From the NCBI GenBank assembly GCA_050084985.1, contig JBITNC010000002.1:21204001-21268000 (forward strand): a stretch of 64,000 bases of DNA, given 5' to 3'. The notes beneath the pieces were generated by a model. That model worked only from the letters and a program-made list of their open reading frames with translations, had not been told where the DNA came from and ran no database searches. Source of the stretch: Nageia nagi (taxonomy: Eukaryota > Plantae > Pinophyta). This document shows, in pieces, positions 27,801 through 41,928 of the stretch. Within the stretch, counting starts at the first letter, position 1. Each line of letters opens with the position of its first letter. The translations under genes and the position numbers were made by a program.

Positions 27801-29400
27801 CTAAATTTTTACCACATTATTATTTGATACATGTTAATTTATAATGTAGATTCATACATGATGATTTATTTTTAGATTATATCTATTATTATTGGTTTTA
27901 TTTTATAATTAGTTCATGATTTTCTTATGATATGATTCTATAAGTATTCACTAATGAGATCTTTTGCATATGTGTATAGTTAAGCTTTGAAGAATATCAA
28001 GTTATTTAAGATAATATGGATTAAATATTTGAGATGAATATATCACAAGATGGATGTCGTAGAAAGAAGGATATATCATTCTTAAATAAACAATAATAGT
28101 GTAAGATTATTAAAGAAGAATTATTTAAATGTTATTTATTCAAAAGGTCCTCATGGGCACTATAATCACAATAACATCATATGTGATAATTAAGATTACA
28201 TGATATGTAATACAATTCCTTTTTGAAATCTAAATATTCATCCATTTGATAGCAAGTTACATATTTCATGTGAATAATTTTTATTATGTTAATCTTGGTT
28301 CTATGGAAGTATGTGAAAAGATAAGGTAAGTGGTTGGACTAGTTTTTTTCAAGGTAAAAGGAACCCAATATTAGGGGTTATAATTATATTATCTCTTGTT
28401 GATGCCTCAAAAAAACTACTTCTGATTAGATGGTTTTGCTTATGGCTATATATGGATGGGGATATGTTGCAATCCTCTAACTTCATCATGTTGGTGTAAA
28501 ATATGACTATTGATACATGAGCATCATTCTTAAATTCTCTAATCCTTTATATATACAAAAGGAAGGGTATTTACAATCATTTCAAATTTATCTTCTTAAT
28601 CAAATTGATCCTCTAAAATAATCCTTAAAAACAATGTAGACATGAAAACCTCCACTAAAACTAAAATCTAAGATTCTATTGAATTTAGAAAACTATCCTA
28701 ATATTTGTACACCATCAACATAAGATTTTGTGAATTAAAAATTCTCAATATCCATTTCAATGGCTTCATGTGAGGCTCTTGGAATTTTTTAAATAATATA
28801 ACATGGATCAATCTTAGAACTTGGTGATTATAATTAGTTTATATCACATATATTGGGTCTTTCTCATTTCCATCCTTTCCATTTAAAAATAGTGAATTAT
28901 TATTATACAAAGGATTGAGTGGGAGGTGACAAGTAAACAATATTTCCATAAAATAGTTCATCAATAAATGAAGGTAAATTAAAGGATTCTAATATAGAAA
29001 GTTGGACCCCACATAAATACGTAATGAATGATTAGGTAGATAACCAAATCATACTATATAATTTATGACCCATTTTAGAGGAATGAGAATGACCTAGCTT
29101 AGACAAAAAAGAGATTTAAAATATGAAATAATTTACCTCATATTCCCCTAATATAAAGCTATAAAATTATTTTTGAATAGGGTAGATATTAGAGGACTCA
29201 TCTTCCTATTCAACATGATAGATGATGGACTTATGTTTAGAGGTAGAGAGTGAGTTAAATGATAAGATGGGGCACCAAGAAATGGATAATACTATTGGGC
29301 TGTTGCTTCTCAAAATCATTTTTCATCCATAGTATATTGAATAATTGGTAACATGAATGATATATGGGTAGTAATGGTCGTAAAATTGATGAAATAGAAG
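24900..29400 (-). mobile_element. Possible very old Gypsy gag-pol remnant
   Basis: Weak minus-strand traces only, e.g. ..FSKY integrase-like at ~25930 and an RT N-terminus-like stretch at ~27650. No LTRs identified. Confidence 0.25.
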
Positions 29401-31039
29401 ATGAGAAATATGTGCAAAGAAAAGATTTGATGATTAGTTATCTTTGTAAATAAGCGTAATGATATAGGGTAAAATAATATAAAGACTTATAAGCCCATCA
29501 TCCACCTAATGAGATATAGATTGAGAGTATAAAGATTGTGTTCTAGAGTAATGAGGGGATGATTATAGATAGGATAATAGGTTATGAAGTAGGATAAAAT
29601 CTTATAGGGTCACTCTAGGAGGATGATAGAATAAATCTAGAAAACACTTGAATATTTGAAGTGGGATAATGGTTCATCATAAATAGGAATGTAATCAATT
29701 AGGTACTCATGAGAATACCTAAAATAGCCATAAAGTGTTGAAATTACATATTGTATTTCTTGTATTCATATTCTCACAAAAATTATGTTAAACTAAAAAT
29801 CCAAATCTAAAATATGATAAAGTCATGTATCATATTATTGATGATTGTGATAGGTAAAATGATTATTCTCATCATGCATATCAATAAAATATTATAACTA
29901 CAAGGTTGGTGCAAATAAGTGTGAATATGGAAGCTTTAAATTTCTTAATGGAGTTAAAGAGATGATATTGTTATAAGTAAAATAATAATTATTAGGGTTA
30001 TTTATAGAATAATTAAATTTAGAATTAAATATAAATAATAAGAAATCGATGACATGAAAAATGAAAATGACTTAAGTGATCTTGACCTATCAAAACTAAA
30101 TTTACAAAAGATAAAAACTTGTACTTTACTTTGATGATGGAAGCAGGAAAAATTTAATCAAATGGGGATAAAAAATGAGCTTCCTCATAATATGAAGCCA
30201 CCAATCCAACCTCAACCGATGGTAATGCTAGAAACCCAATGATAGTGCCTGATTACCATTCTAAAATGCCTCGCCCATTCACTTGATCTCATCTTCCCAC
30301 CTTTGATCCATTGAATTTGCTTGCAAATGAATGAAATATTGCAAGAATATAAAGCTAACAAAATTTAGAGATGATAGGTGACGTTAAGAAACACTAGTGA
30401 AGATTGACAAAAATATATTGCCACCTATCAAGGATTTGAGATTATATCATGTTATATCATATCTTTGATCATGCACAACCCTCCATCTTTATAAGAAATA
30501 GGTCTAGTGCTAAGGATCCTCCTTAGGCTTATTATGATGTCGAATTGACCTATTACCACAAAATATAAAGGTAGTTGAGAGTGCATATGGAAAAGAGCAT
30601 TTATTTAATAAATTAAATAAATTATTTCAAATACCTAAAAGGGTATTTTAATTAAATTAAAATTCATTTTTGGATATTATAGATACCATACATTGAGTAT
30701 GTTTTGATGATTTTAGGATAACAAAAAAATCAAAGCATGAATTTGAAGTAAATCAAAAAAAGCAGGAAAGTACTCCCTAAAAAGTTACAACATGGTAGCA
30801 GCTTTGGATGCCCTAGGTTTTTCTTATGTTATGCCCCTTTTTTGACTTTGTTGTGACATGATGGACCTATCATCATGGGAGGAATCCAAGGCAAAGAAAA
30901 AGGAACCTAAAAAGAGCTTAGACAAGAAATGGTTTTGCAAAATATATCTCAAATGTAAACATGATATAGAATGTATGATAAGAGAAGCAAACTTGTCCAT
31001 GGTGACTTACCCAACAAGATGTAATGAAGTTGGTAACCA

Positions 31040-31325
31040 ATTTAGATTGATTAGATTGGTTTTCCAAGCCACCATATATTTTTATATGAATGACCCTTCT
31101 TTAGAAATTTTCAAATGATAAGATTGACTCTTCCTTATAAAGGCATCAAAGGATAAGAATGATCAACTTGGTTTCCCAAGCCACCATGTTTTCATAGATT
31201 TTCTGATAAGAGTACTCCTTTCTTACAAAGGAGGCTAATAATATGAGTGATTAACTTAGTTTTACAAGCCACCATATTTTTATGGATTTGCTAATAAGAG
31301 TGCCCTATTTCTAAAAAAGTAGGTA
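31040..31325. repeat. Three degenerate ~90-110-bp tandem units in the 3' UTR of the Tat element
   Basis: Recurrent ggtttyyCAAGCCACCAT..GATAAGA at ~31058, ~31170 and ~31258. Confidence 0.7.
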
Positions 31326-31773
31326 AACTATATAAATAAAAATGAAATACCATATTGATATGTTTTGATAAGCATTATGGATATTCAAATTTTTATGGAA
31401 ATGATATAAAATGAAAGGAATGAAATATTTTTTTATTGATTTACCATGATAAGGAATATACGATCAATTTTTAGACTTTTTTTTTATCAATTGAATTCAA
31501 CAATATCTCCAAGAATGTAGCGGTATCACTAGATTATGGCCTTATTTTCCTAAAATGTTAGTATGAAAAGATGAAAAAATGCACATATTTATGAAAAATA
31601 TTATGCATAGAACTTTTTTAGATGCATGAAGTTCATTTGATTATGTTCTTCTTTACCTTCAATTATCGATAGTTTATATCCACCTTTTCCATAGTTTGCA
31701 ATGACAATGTAAATACCTATCCAATTATGTTCCAACTTAGCCTTCTTTTCATTTTCTAGAGCTTTAGTGTTGG

Positions 31774-32394
31774 TGTAGACCCAAAATAGTGCATATAATT
31801 ATTTATGGAGGTTAATTAATGCACTATTGGTCTACTTGTTTCTTATTATTACATATATCTAAAATATGGTAATAACAAATGACCAAAATATACTTGTGTT
31901 TAATTAGATCACATATTCATTCTATTAGAAAAAACATACATGAAAGATGAGCATACATTCATTTAATTCCACTTTGTTGGAAACCTTAAAGAGGTACACT
32001 ACTCATGGCCTAAAATAAGCAATATAATAGATGCAATCAAGAATGTAGCGATGAGAGAATAAAAGAATTATTAGAGAGCAAAAATAATATATAACTTATG
32101 AATAATATTTGCACATAATAGAGTGATGTAACATGTGCTAGAATCTCTCTAGATTCCTCTTCATATTCATTTTCCTATAAGGTTGAAGTTCATCAATTGA
32201 TGCCTTTATATATGATACAAGTTTACATGACTTTCATCTTTTTGACCCCTTGTACATGCGACAAGGGTCCACTAGACATATTACATAGCTTTGATATGAC
32301 TTTGGGTAATATTTAACTCATTTTCACATAATACATCATTGAGGCTCTAAAATGAATTATTTATAAAATAATAATTCATTTTTAGGTGTCTACA
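31774..32394. mobile_element. Solo LTR (621 bp)
   Basis: Starts TGTAGAC and ends GTCTACA (7-bp terminal inverted repeat), with a perfect 5-bp TSD gttgg/gttgg. Confidence 0.9.
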
Positions 32395-35300
32395 GTTGGC
32401 AAGGTTTTCTTTTAGGACTAAGTTGCCAACTTTGAACTATTTAGATTTGATCTTTTTGCTATAGGATTTTTGGATTATAGAATTGTAGACACGTAGGTGT
32501 TTTAGAGCATTAAATTATTTTTCATATAGAACATTTAGTTGGGATAATATATCTTTCCTTCTATCCTCATCTAGAATGAAGCCATCTAGTGACATACAAA
32601 GAGATTCGATTTCTAGCTCAAGGGGAACTACGACTTTATCACCATACATCAATGAGAAAGGAGTTTTCCCTATGGAATTTATTATACTTTTCCTATAGGC
32701 CCATAAAGTATAAGGGAGTTGTTCATGCCAATATTTGACATATTTTATAATAGTTTTGGATAGGATACTCTTAATGACCTTATTAGAAGCTTCATCTTAA
32801 CCAATACCTTAAGCGTATAATGGGTACATAAATTTTATTCAATACAACATTTAGCACAAAATTTCTTAACTTTATTACCTTTAAAGCTAGTAGCATTATC
32901 CATGAACAATTTAGAAGGCACACAATATATAGAAATGATAAACTCAACAATAAATTCAACAAGCTTACCTCCTTTTACAAATTTCATTAGTATAGCCTCA
33001 ACCCATTTTGTGAAGTATTTAGTATTTGTAATGATAAAATTAAGGACATCTCTTGAAATAGGATAAATTTTACCAATAAAAGCAAGTGCCTAAATAGAAA
33101 AATGCAAATGAGATACAATATAATGCAAATCATAAGAAGGAGAAGGTTGAAGACTAGAATTTTTTTGATATTATTCATACTTTTTAATATGCAATTCATA
33201 ATCTTCAAGCATAGTGGGCTAATAATATCCTAGTTTAATCAATTTTTGATAAAAAAATCTAGCACTAAAGAGTTTACCACATTCACCATCATGACCTTGG
33301 TGAAGGGCCATGATGTCTACTTCATGCATCATTAAACATCTAAGAAGAGCACCATTAAAATATGTTTTACACAATAAATCACCTATGATGACATAGTTAG
33401 CTACTAGTTTTTAATTCTAATTCTAGGATTACAATCAAAGATAATAATTATGGCATCATCTTTAATATGATTGAAAATATCTTGATACCATTCATACACA
33501 TTGATATAAGTAGCAGAAAATCAATGATCCTCAATGAAATCTTAACAACAAATTCATTAGAAGGCTATCCTATGTTTTTTATTATGAAAATAGTCTCTTT
33601 GTATTCTATAGAAATACGGGCAAGGGAAGTGGCACTAGCCATTGCATTAGCATACCTATTATTTTCTATTAGAATATTTCAATTTCATACTAATTGAAGT
33701 ATATGAGGAGATTCTACACCATTTTCTTTTATGGTTGTAACTTGGGATCTTTGGTGTTATAGGTGTTGGATACTTGCATCATAATGAGTTGAGAATCACC
33801 AAAGACTTTGATCTTTTTTACTTGCAAAGTATTACACCCTTTAGACCTAAAATTAGAGCCTCATAGTCTACCATGTTGTTAGTGCCATTAAAACTTAAAT
33901 GATTAGATATAGGGATAACATCATAATGCATGCCCTTGCTCTGTGAATACACTTAAAACCATAGAAGAATAGGGTCCACTCATTATTTTTTATGAAACCA
34001 ATTAAAATTTTGAGAATTCAAGTTTAGGAATAGATCATGAATGTAGGGATGTAGTGGTAGTGCTTGATTCAACGATTTTTGGTTTTCCACTTCCTTTAAA
34101 ACTTATTCTTACATACTGGACACTTTATTTCCTAGGTGATTCAAAATGAAAGATATACTATAGTCTATCCCTTTATAGACTTCTAACCAATAAATATCAA
34201 ATCAAATTCTTGAAGCAACATTACCCATTTTTCAGCCCTTTTGTATAGGTAGGACTTAGACATGAGATATTTGAGAGGATCAACCTAAGCTATGACATAA
34301 GTTGTATTTCCAAGTGTGTAATATTTAACTTTATAGTTCATAAGACTATAGAAAAATACATCTTTTCAATTGGAGTATACCTTATCTCATAATCAAGTAA
34401 AGTCTTATTGATATAGTAGATTGCTCTTTCTTTATTATTGACATCCTTTTGAGCTAGCATTACCCCTAATACACATAATGTTGATGAAACATAAAGTAAC
34501 AAAATATGTTTAGAATTGTAAGGGTTTAAAATTGGAGCATTAGTAAGATACCTTTTGATGTTTTCCAAATCCTTTTGACACTTTTCATCCCAAATAAACT
34601 TCTCACCTTTCTTTAGTAAATGAGAAAATGAGTAGGTCATATTTTCTAGCTGAGAAATGAACCTTTTAATAGCTTGGAATTTTCCTTAAATAATTCTCAA
34701 CTTATTCAAGTTATGAAGAGGAAGAAAATCAATAATGGCTAAAACTTTCTTAGGATACATTGTTGAACTTCATGTGACATTAAGAGGGGGGGTGATTCAG
34801 TGTGTCTAAAAACTAAATGTAAATTTTTCACTTTTGAAATCAAAGTGATGCAAAACTAAAATCAAATGAGTAAGCACATCAAAAATAACACACAACACAA
34901 GATGTAACAAGGTTCACTAGGTTGGCTACATCCTCAAAAATTACTACTTGGACTCCAATTTAAATCCACTTCAAGGAATAGCATCAACTACCCTATCATT
35001 TTGTAGCAAAAAATGTAAGGAGCATCAAATCCTCTTATGAAGCACCCACTTGATGAACTGAAATAAAGAAGATAAAGGATTTATTACCATTCACACAAGA
35101 TCTTGAATGATATAGGTCAAAAACACTTCCTCTACTCACTCTTATATTTGCTCACTTTGTCTCATCAATACTCCACACACAATCACAATTATTTCTACAT
35201 ACACACTTCTCACACTTGTCTAAAAAAATATGAAATGAATTTGTAACACCTAGAATATTAAACACCTCCTCTACTAATAAGATTCTCTTAACTCATTGCA

Positions 35301-38300
35301 TATGTTGCTCTATAAAGATGAGACCTAATACTATGCACACAAGTAAACCAACTACCAAACTATGCATATTAAAAAAAAAATTCAATTATTGATAAGATTA
35401 TGAATATCAAGAGACTAGATTAGTTACTTATTCAATTTGAAACATCTTCTTTCCAAAAGCTCTTCCACCAAATCAGTAGCTTCAACTATTCAATTCATAC
35501 TAACCTACTTTGCACACTTGTTAATTAAAAATACCACAAAATGAACCAAGAAATTGTTGCTAAAATACTAGGGGGAATATACTTCATACACTACCATTAC
35601 CCAAACCTAAGAAACTCAAAATATTATCGAACTGGTTCATGAAAATACATTGATTGGATCCAAAATGTGTGTTCCAAGTCCATATGGCACAAAATGGTAT
35701 TACATTTTTTGTATAAGTATAAAATGACCTCTAATAACTTGTACTTATTTTAGATATTCTCAATAGGAAATAGTTTTCAAAAGAGACACCATATCATAAA
35801 AACTCTCCAATCTAAAAATGGGAGTCTATTTCTTTTGATAAGAAATAAAACATATTCTCAAAAACTTCTTCACTCAATAATCAAACTTAGTCCAAAAGTA
35901 TTGAGTCGCATGTCACTTGGAGAGAGAAAATAATTACACACAACGAAGATGCCTCAAAGAATCTGTTAAACGTCATAACTAGACTAGATGCATTTCATCA
36001 AACATTTCATAAATTTCCTCAAAAACCATAGCAAGCATTTCATCAAACACATACCAAGCATCCTTGTTCATTGAATTCTAAACCTTAGATTCACATGAAC
36101 AAAAAATTAAATTTGTGAGATTTTTCATATTGATTACAAATACACAACCAAAAATCAAAGATCTTAACTAAAACTCATGGAATTCCTCTTTTTCTTTGCT
36201 ATCCCAAAAAGTGCACCAAACTACAAAAAGTTACTAAGTGGCATTTTGTAACTTGTACCATTTCTACCTCAGTTTCCACCTTCATCCAAAATTTGGTCCA
36301 CATATTTTGGTATATAGTACTATATATGTTCTAAATTTTAACTTCTAACTCATCATTATTTGCTTGCAATTTGACTTGCATGAAGCTAATTTCACCCAGA
36401 TTTTTGACATGTCCAAAATCCACAAGAATGCCCAAAAATAAACCAACATGAAATTTGACCATTCCAACTCTACACATAAGTTTGTTATCAACCCAAAAAA
36501 TAGTCCAAACTATATCTAGTTGTCTGCCACCTTCCATTTGCATTTTGGCCCTCTTGGCAGCTTTTGGTAACTCATGACAACTTTTGGTCCCTTTGTCATT
36601 TTTGCATTTGATAACTTTACAAATCTTGTCAATGTCATTCCTATGACATTTGTAACCATGGAAACCTTATGCACATAGATCTCATCATGTTTACAACAAT
36701 GATAATATCATTGCATCATACTCAACAATCTCCCCCTTTAGAATTATTAGCAACACATGCAAAAACTTATTACTCTTCTCCCTATTTGATAAAAAATACA
36801 AAGGTGTACCTTGGACTCCTCCTGAGTCCATACACATAATACTCAGGTGTAAATCAATATATAAGAGAACATGATTATACCAAGAGTAAAAAGATAAGAA
36901 AGTACAAAATTACTCCCATTGAGATTGTGCATCCAAAAGCTAGTCAATGTTTAGGCAATGTCACCACTTCCAATTTCTTTCATAGGTACTCAAAAATTTC
37001 CTTAGGTAATGGTTTAGTAAAGATATATACTACTTTCTCTAATGTGGGAACAAATTTTAACTTTAACTCTCCTTCTACAACCTTTTCCTTTAAGAAATGG
37101 TACCGAATGTTAAAGTATTTTATTCTTGAATGCATGAACAAATTCTTGGAAATATTGATTGTACTTATGTTATCACACATAACTGAGATGGGATCAATGA
37201 TATTAATACCTAGATTCTTCATCATTTATTTCATCTATAAAACCTATGTACAACATGATGTTGTTGTTATGTACTCTACTTCCCATTGTGGACAATGATA
37301 TTGATTCCTATTTCTTTTTATGCCAACCAATAAGATTATTTCCCAAGTAAAATGTACTGCCATTGGTGCTCTTCCTATCATTTGCACACCCTATGCAATT
37401 TGCATCTAAGAAAGCAATGAGTGTGAAATCCTTCCCCTTGGGATACCATAGGCTATATTCCATTGTACCTTTGAGGTATCAAAAAATTTGCTTTATTGTT
37501 ATCACATGTATCTCCTTTGGATTCATTTGAAATCATGCAACCATGCATATGACTTGAAGTATGTTAGGTTTGGTAGCTATCATATACAATAGGCTTCCAA
37601 TCATTGACTTGTACATAGTTTGATCCACTGATGGGGACTTATCATCTTTGCTAAGCTTGTAATCTATCATAATAGGAATACTCATAGGCTTGCAATCCTC
37701 CATAGTGAACTTTTTCAACATCTTCTTTACATACTTGATATACAAAAGAAAAATACCATTCTTTAATTGATTAACTTTTAAACAAAGGAAATATGAAAGT
37801 TCATCTATCATTGACATCTCAAAGTCTATTTGCATCTAGTTAGCAAAGTCTTTGTATATTTCATCCTTGCTACCTCTAAAAATAATATCATCAACATAAA
37901 CCATAATGATAAATTGATAATTATTTTTAGATTTATTGTAGAGATTACTATCCACCATACCTTTTTTGAAACCTTGATGATGAAGATATGCATCAAGCCT
38001 AGAGTACCATGCTCAAGGTGCCTATTTTAAACTATAAAGTGCCTTTTTTAGTTTGCATACATATTTAGGTTCTCACTTACCTAAAATCCATTCATCTCCT
38101 CAATATAGACTTCCTCCTTAAGCTTTCCATTCAAAAATGTTGATTTTACATCAATCTAATAAACCTTGAAGTTCTTGTACATAGCCAAAGTAAGAAACAT
38201 GCGAATAGCCTCTAATCTAGCCATAGGAGAAATGGTTTCTTCAAAATCAATACCTTCAACCTGAGCATACCCTTTTCAAACCAAACTTGCTTCATTTCTT

Positions 38301-41300
38301 ATGATTTTATCATCTTCATTAAGCTTGTTATGAAAAAACCACTTGGTGCTAATCACATTTTTGTTCTTGGTCCTTGGTACCAACTCCCAAGTCTAATTCT
38401 TTTTAATCTGGTCTAACTCCTCATCCATTGCCTTGATCCAACTCTCATCCTAACTTGCCTCTATACCATTATTTAGTTCTATACTTGAAAAAAGGGAATA
38501 TGTTCTTATTGTTCTTCTCCTTTTTTGAACTCTAATATCTGGATCTCCAATTATTTGTTCACTTAGATGTTCTTTTTGTCATTTACTTGTTTTATGTTTT
38601 TGGTTTCCCTCCATTTCTAAATCATTGTGTGAGTCATCAAAGCCACTCTTTGGTTATTTTTATAGTTGTTTCTCTATATCATCTACCTTGATGTATTCTT
38701 TATAAACTAAAAAAATTTCATCATTTCCTTTTGGAGGTATTTGCATCTCATCAATCTTAACATTCGCACTCCCAACAATTTTCCTGAGTGTTTTGGTGTA
38801 ACACTTGTAAGCCTTGCTTTTTATTTAGTAACCAAGGAATATACCTTCATCCACTCTATCATCAAACATGCTAAGGTTTTATTCCATCCTCTTGATGTAG
38901 CACTTACTCCCAAAGACTTTGAAGTATCTTGTTGATGCCTTTTTACTAAACCATAACTCATAAGATGTCTTATTCTTGTGGGGCCTCAACTTACACCTAT
39001 TCTAAATATAAATCATTATGTGGACTACTTCTTTCCAAAACATATCAGCTATGTTGCTTTCTTTCAACAATGTTCATACCATTTCTTGAACTGACCTGTT
39101 GTTTCTTTCTATCGCAACATTTTATTGATGTGTCCTTATTGCAAAAAGTTATCTCCTAATACCATACTTGTGATAAAACTCATTGCAATTATCTGAAATA
39201 AAATCATCTCTTTTGTCTAATTTGATTCTCCTCCCAACCTAATTTTTTGCTTGATTCTTGAAGGTCTCAAATTTTCCAAGTGCTTCTAACTTGTGTTTCA
39301 TAAATAATATCCATCTCATCCTAGAATAATCATATATGCATAACATGAAGTAGTTATTCCTTTTATATTTTGCATCCTCATAGGACCACATAAATCAATA
39401 TGAACAAGCTCTTAGGGTTTGCTAGAATAATACTCCTTTGTCTTAAAAGTGAATCTAGTGAGCTTACCCTTTTGACACAAAGAACAAATACTATTTGGTG
39501 GTCTCTTGATGCTTGGAATATCTTGAATTACCCCCTTTGAACTAATTTTGACTAAGTTATCAAAGTTGATGTGTCCAAGCCTCTTATTCCAAAGCCAATC
39601 TCATCCTCCTTTCTAAGTAAGTATGATCCCTCTAAAGTCTCTGTCAATGTATACAAATTTTCAAAATTCCTTATGCCAATTACTACCAATTTACCATTAT
39701 TTGCTCATTTGATCTTGTACCTTCACTTCTTAAAAATCACATCATGACCTCTATCACAAATCTAACTTACACTCAACAAGTTATGTTTTAGACCAATCAT
39801 AAATAAAATCTCTTTTGATCTAATTTTACCATCACTTATCTTCATTGTGCCTTTACTGACTATCTTTGCTCCATTATTGTTCCCAAATATGATCGAACCT
39901 CCTTCATATTGTTGCAACTTTTTAAATTCTTGTTTATCACCTATCATATGACTTGAGCATCCACTATCTAGTATCTATGGAGCTGGTTTATCCTATGCTT
40001 TAAGAGTTATTTGTACTATTAAGGATTCTTTTACTTCTTTTGACTTTTCCTTCTCTTTTCATTCCTTCTTGATACCTATCTTGGTTTCCTATATTGTCTC
40101 TTCCTATTTGGTTTGTTGTACCTATCTCTCTAGAATCTTTCTATTTTGTCTCATGCCCTATAACTAAAAAATATCTTCATTGAAATTAATTTCAAGAGAA
40201 TGTACTCTTGAAATTTCTTACAATGTGACCATAGTTGTGACAATTATAACATTCTATAGCATAATTTATCAATGGTGCAAATGTATTTCTACTTGAGAAG
40301 TTTCTTGGACTTATATCATATTTGCACTTAGATATTTTATGTCCATACCCATTGCACTTAAAATAATAACCTGAAAAGGATTGAGTGAACCTAGGTTGTG
40401 GGCTTTTCCACATTGTAGTAGGTACCAGGAATCTTCTTCTCCTTTGATGTGCTACATGTGTGAATCCATCATTTTCCATATTCTTATCATTTCTAGTAGT
40501 ATTATTTTGCCTTGCATAAGATGGTTTTGCTTGATTGACCAATTTCTTTTTTTCCTCAATTTCTAATTTTTTATTTGTATCTTTAGAGGTCTTTCCTTCT
40601 TCAAAACCCATATAAAATTTAATATTTGGTGATCTTTGGCTCTTTATCATTTCATCTAACTTTAAGGATCCTCTCTTGATTTTATGATGCCCACTAACCT
40701 TATGACTCATCTCTTTCAATTGAAGACTCAACCTTGTAATCTTTGATTCCAATTTGTTGTAGTACACAACTTTGGTAGTGAGCTATTCTTCAATATTCTC
40801 TATTGTTTTTTGCATTTTTTCTAGTTGCACTTTTAAGCTTATGATGATTTCATTTGCATCATCACATTTTTAATAAGTTTTTCTATGCTTTTTCTTTTTT
40901 ATCTCTAATTCTTCTAGAGCTGTAATTAGTTCTCCTTCCAAATTAACTTCTGCTTCAATTTCTTCTTCCTTGATTTTCTTCTAATTTTTATTTTATTTCT
41001 AGTTTTTTATCTTCAAATGTATGAAGAGAGCTTTATCAAACTCTTTTTCTAAATCTTCATTTGAGCTAGATTTTTATGAACTAGTGTTCTTGGAAATAAA
41101 TCTTTTCTTCTTGAAATTACCTTTTTCTAAAATTTGATTTTGTCTTCTAGCTACTTTTCTCTCTGTACAAACTTTAATCATCTTGGTTCTTTTCTTTTCT
41201 TGGATATTTTGCTACAAAATGCCCTATGCCTCCATAATCAAAACATTAAAAAAGAAATTTTCCTTTGTATTTTTCTTTTCCCTTTTTCATCTTTCTAACA

Positions 41301-41928
41301 AAGTGCATTTCTAATTCATTTAAAGATTCTTCTAAATGTGATCCTTATTTTTCTTTTATATTTTTATTTGCTTTAAAAGTAGCTTCCCTATCTATGGATT
41401 TGGACTTACCTATTCTCATTTCATAGGCTATTAGTGAACCATGTATTTCATCCATACTAAAAGCATTTAAATATTTTGCTTCTGAGAGAACTATAATGTT
41501 CTATTTTACTCATCAAAATGAGTTACATATATAGGCTTTGTGAAAGCCATTACAAGACAAGCTAAATGGTTGAGATGCAATATTCTCACACCATAACAAA
41601 TATCACAAATAGCACACCTACGTGAACTACAAGACAATAAGTGATGCCTATCCTAACAAATAGGCTAAGCATGGAATATGGTCAACATAGACCAAGTATT
41701 CCTCACAAGCTAATAAATGGAAATACTCTTAATCCTAATTAATTAATCTATTAACTTAGGACTTAGGGATATGTAGGGTATAATTCCAACATTCTCCCCT
41801 TTAATGCTAAGTAACTCATGCAAGAGTTCTTAAGCATTACAAAGTTGAAAGAAACATAACCTTTTTCATTTCCTCCAATCATACAAAAGAAAATCAAAAT
41901 TTTCAAGAAATAAGTGTTGGCACTCCTT

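Noticed and set aside
30682-30690. gatacca next to the left Tat LTR as a Met PBS
   Set aside because: It has the wrong orientation and position for a PBS. Coding polarity places the PBS at ~54260.
31040-31325. Repeat-spacer-like pattern resembling CRISPR
   Set aside because: The context is a eukaryotic TE, the repeats are degenerate with homologous 'spacers', and there are no cas genes.
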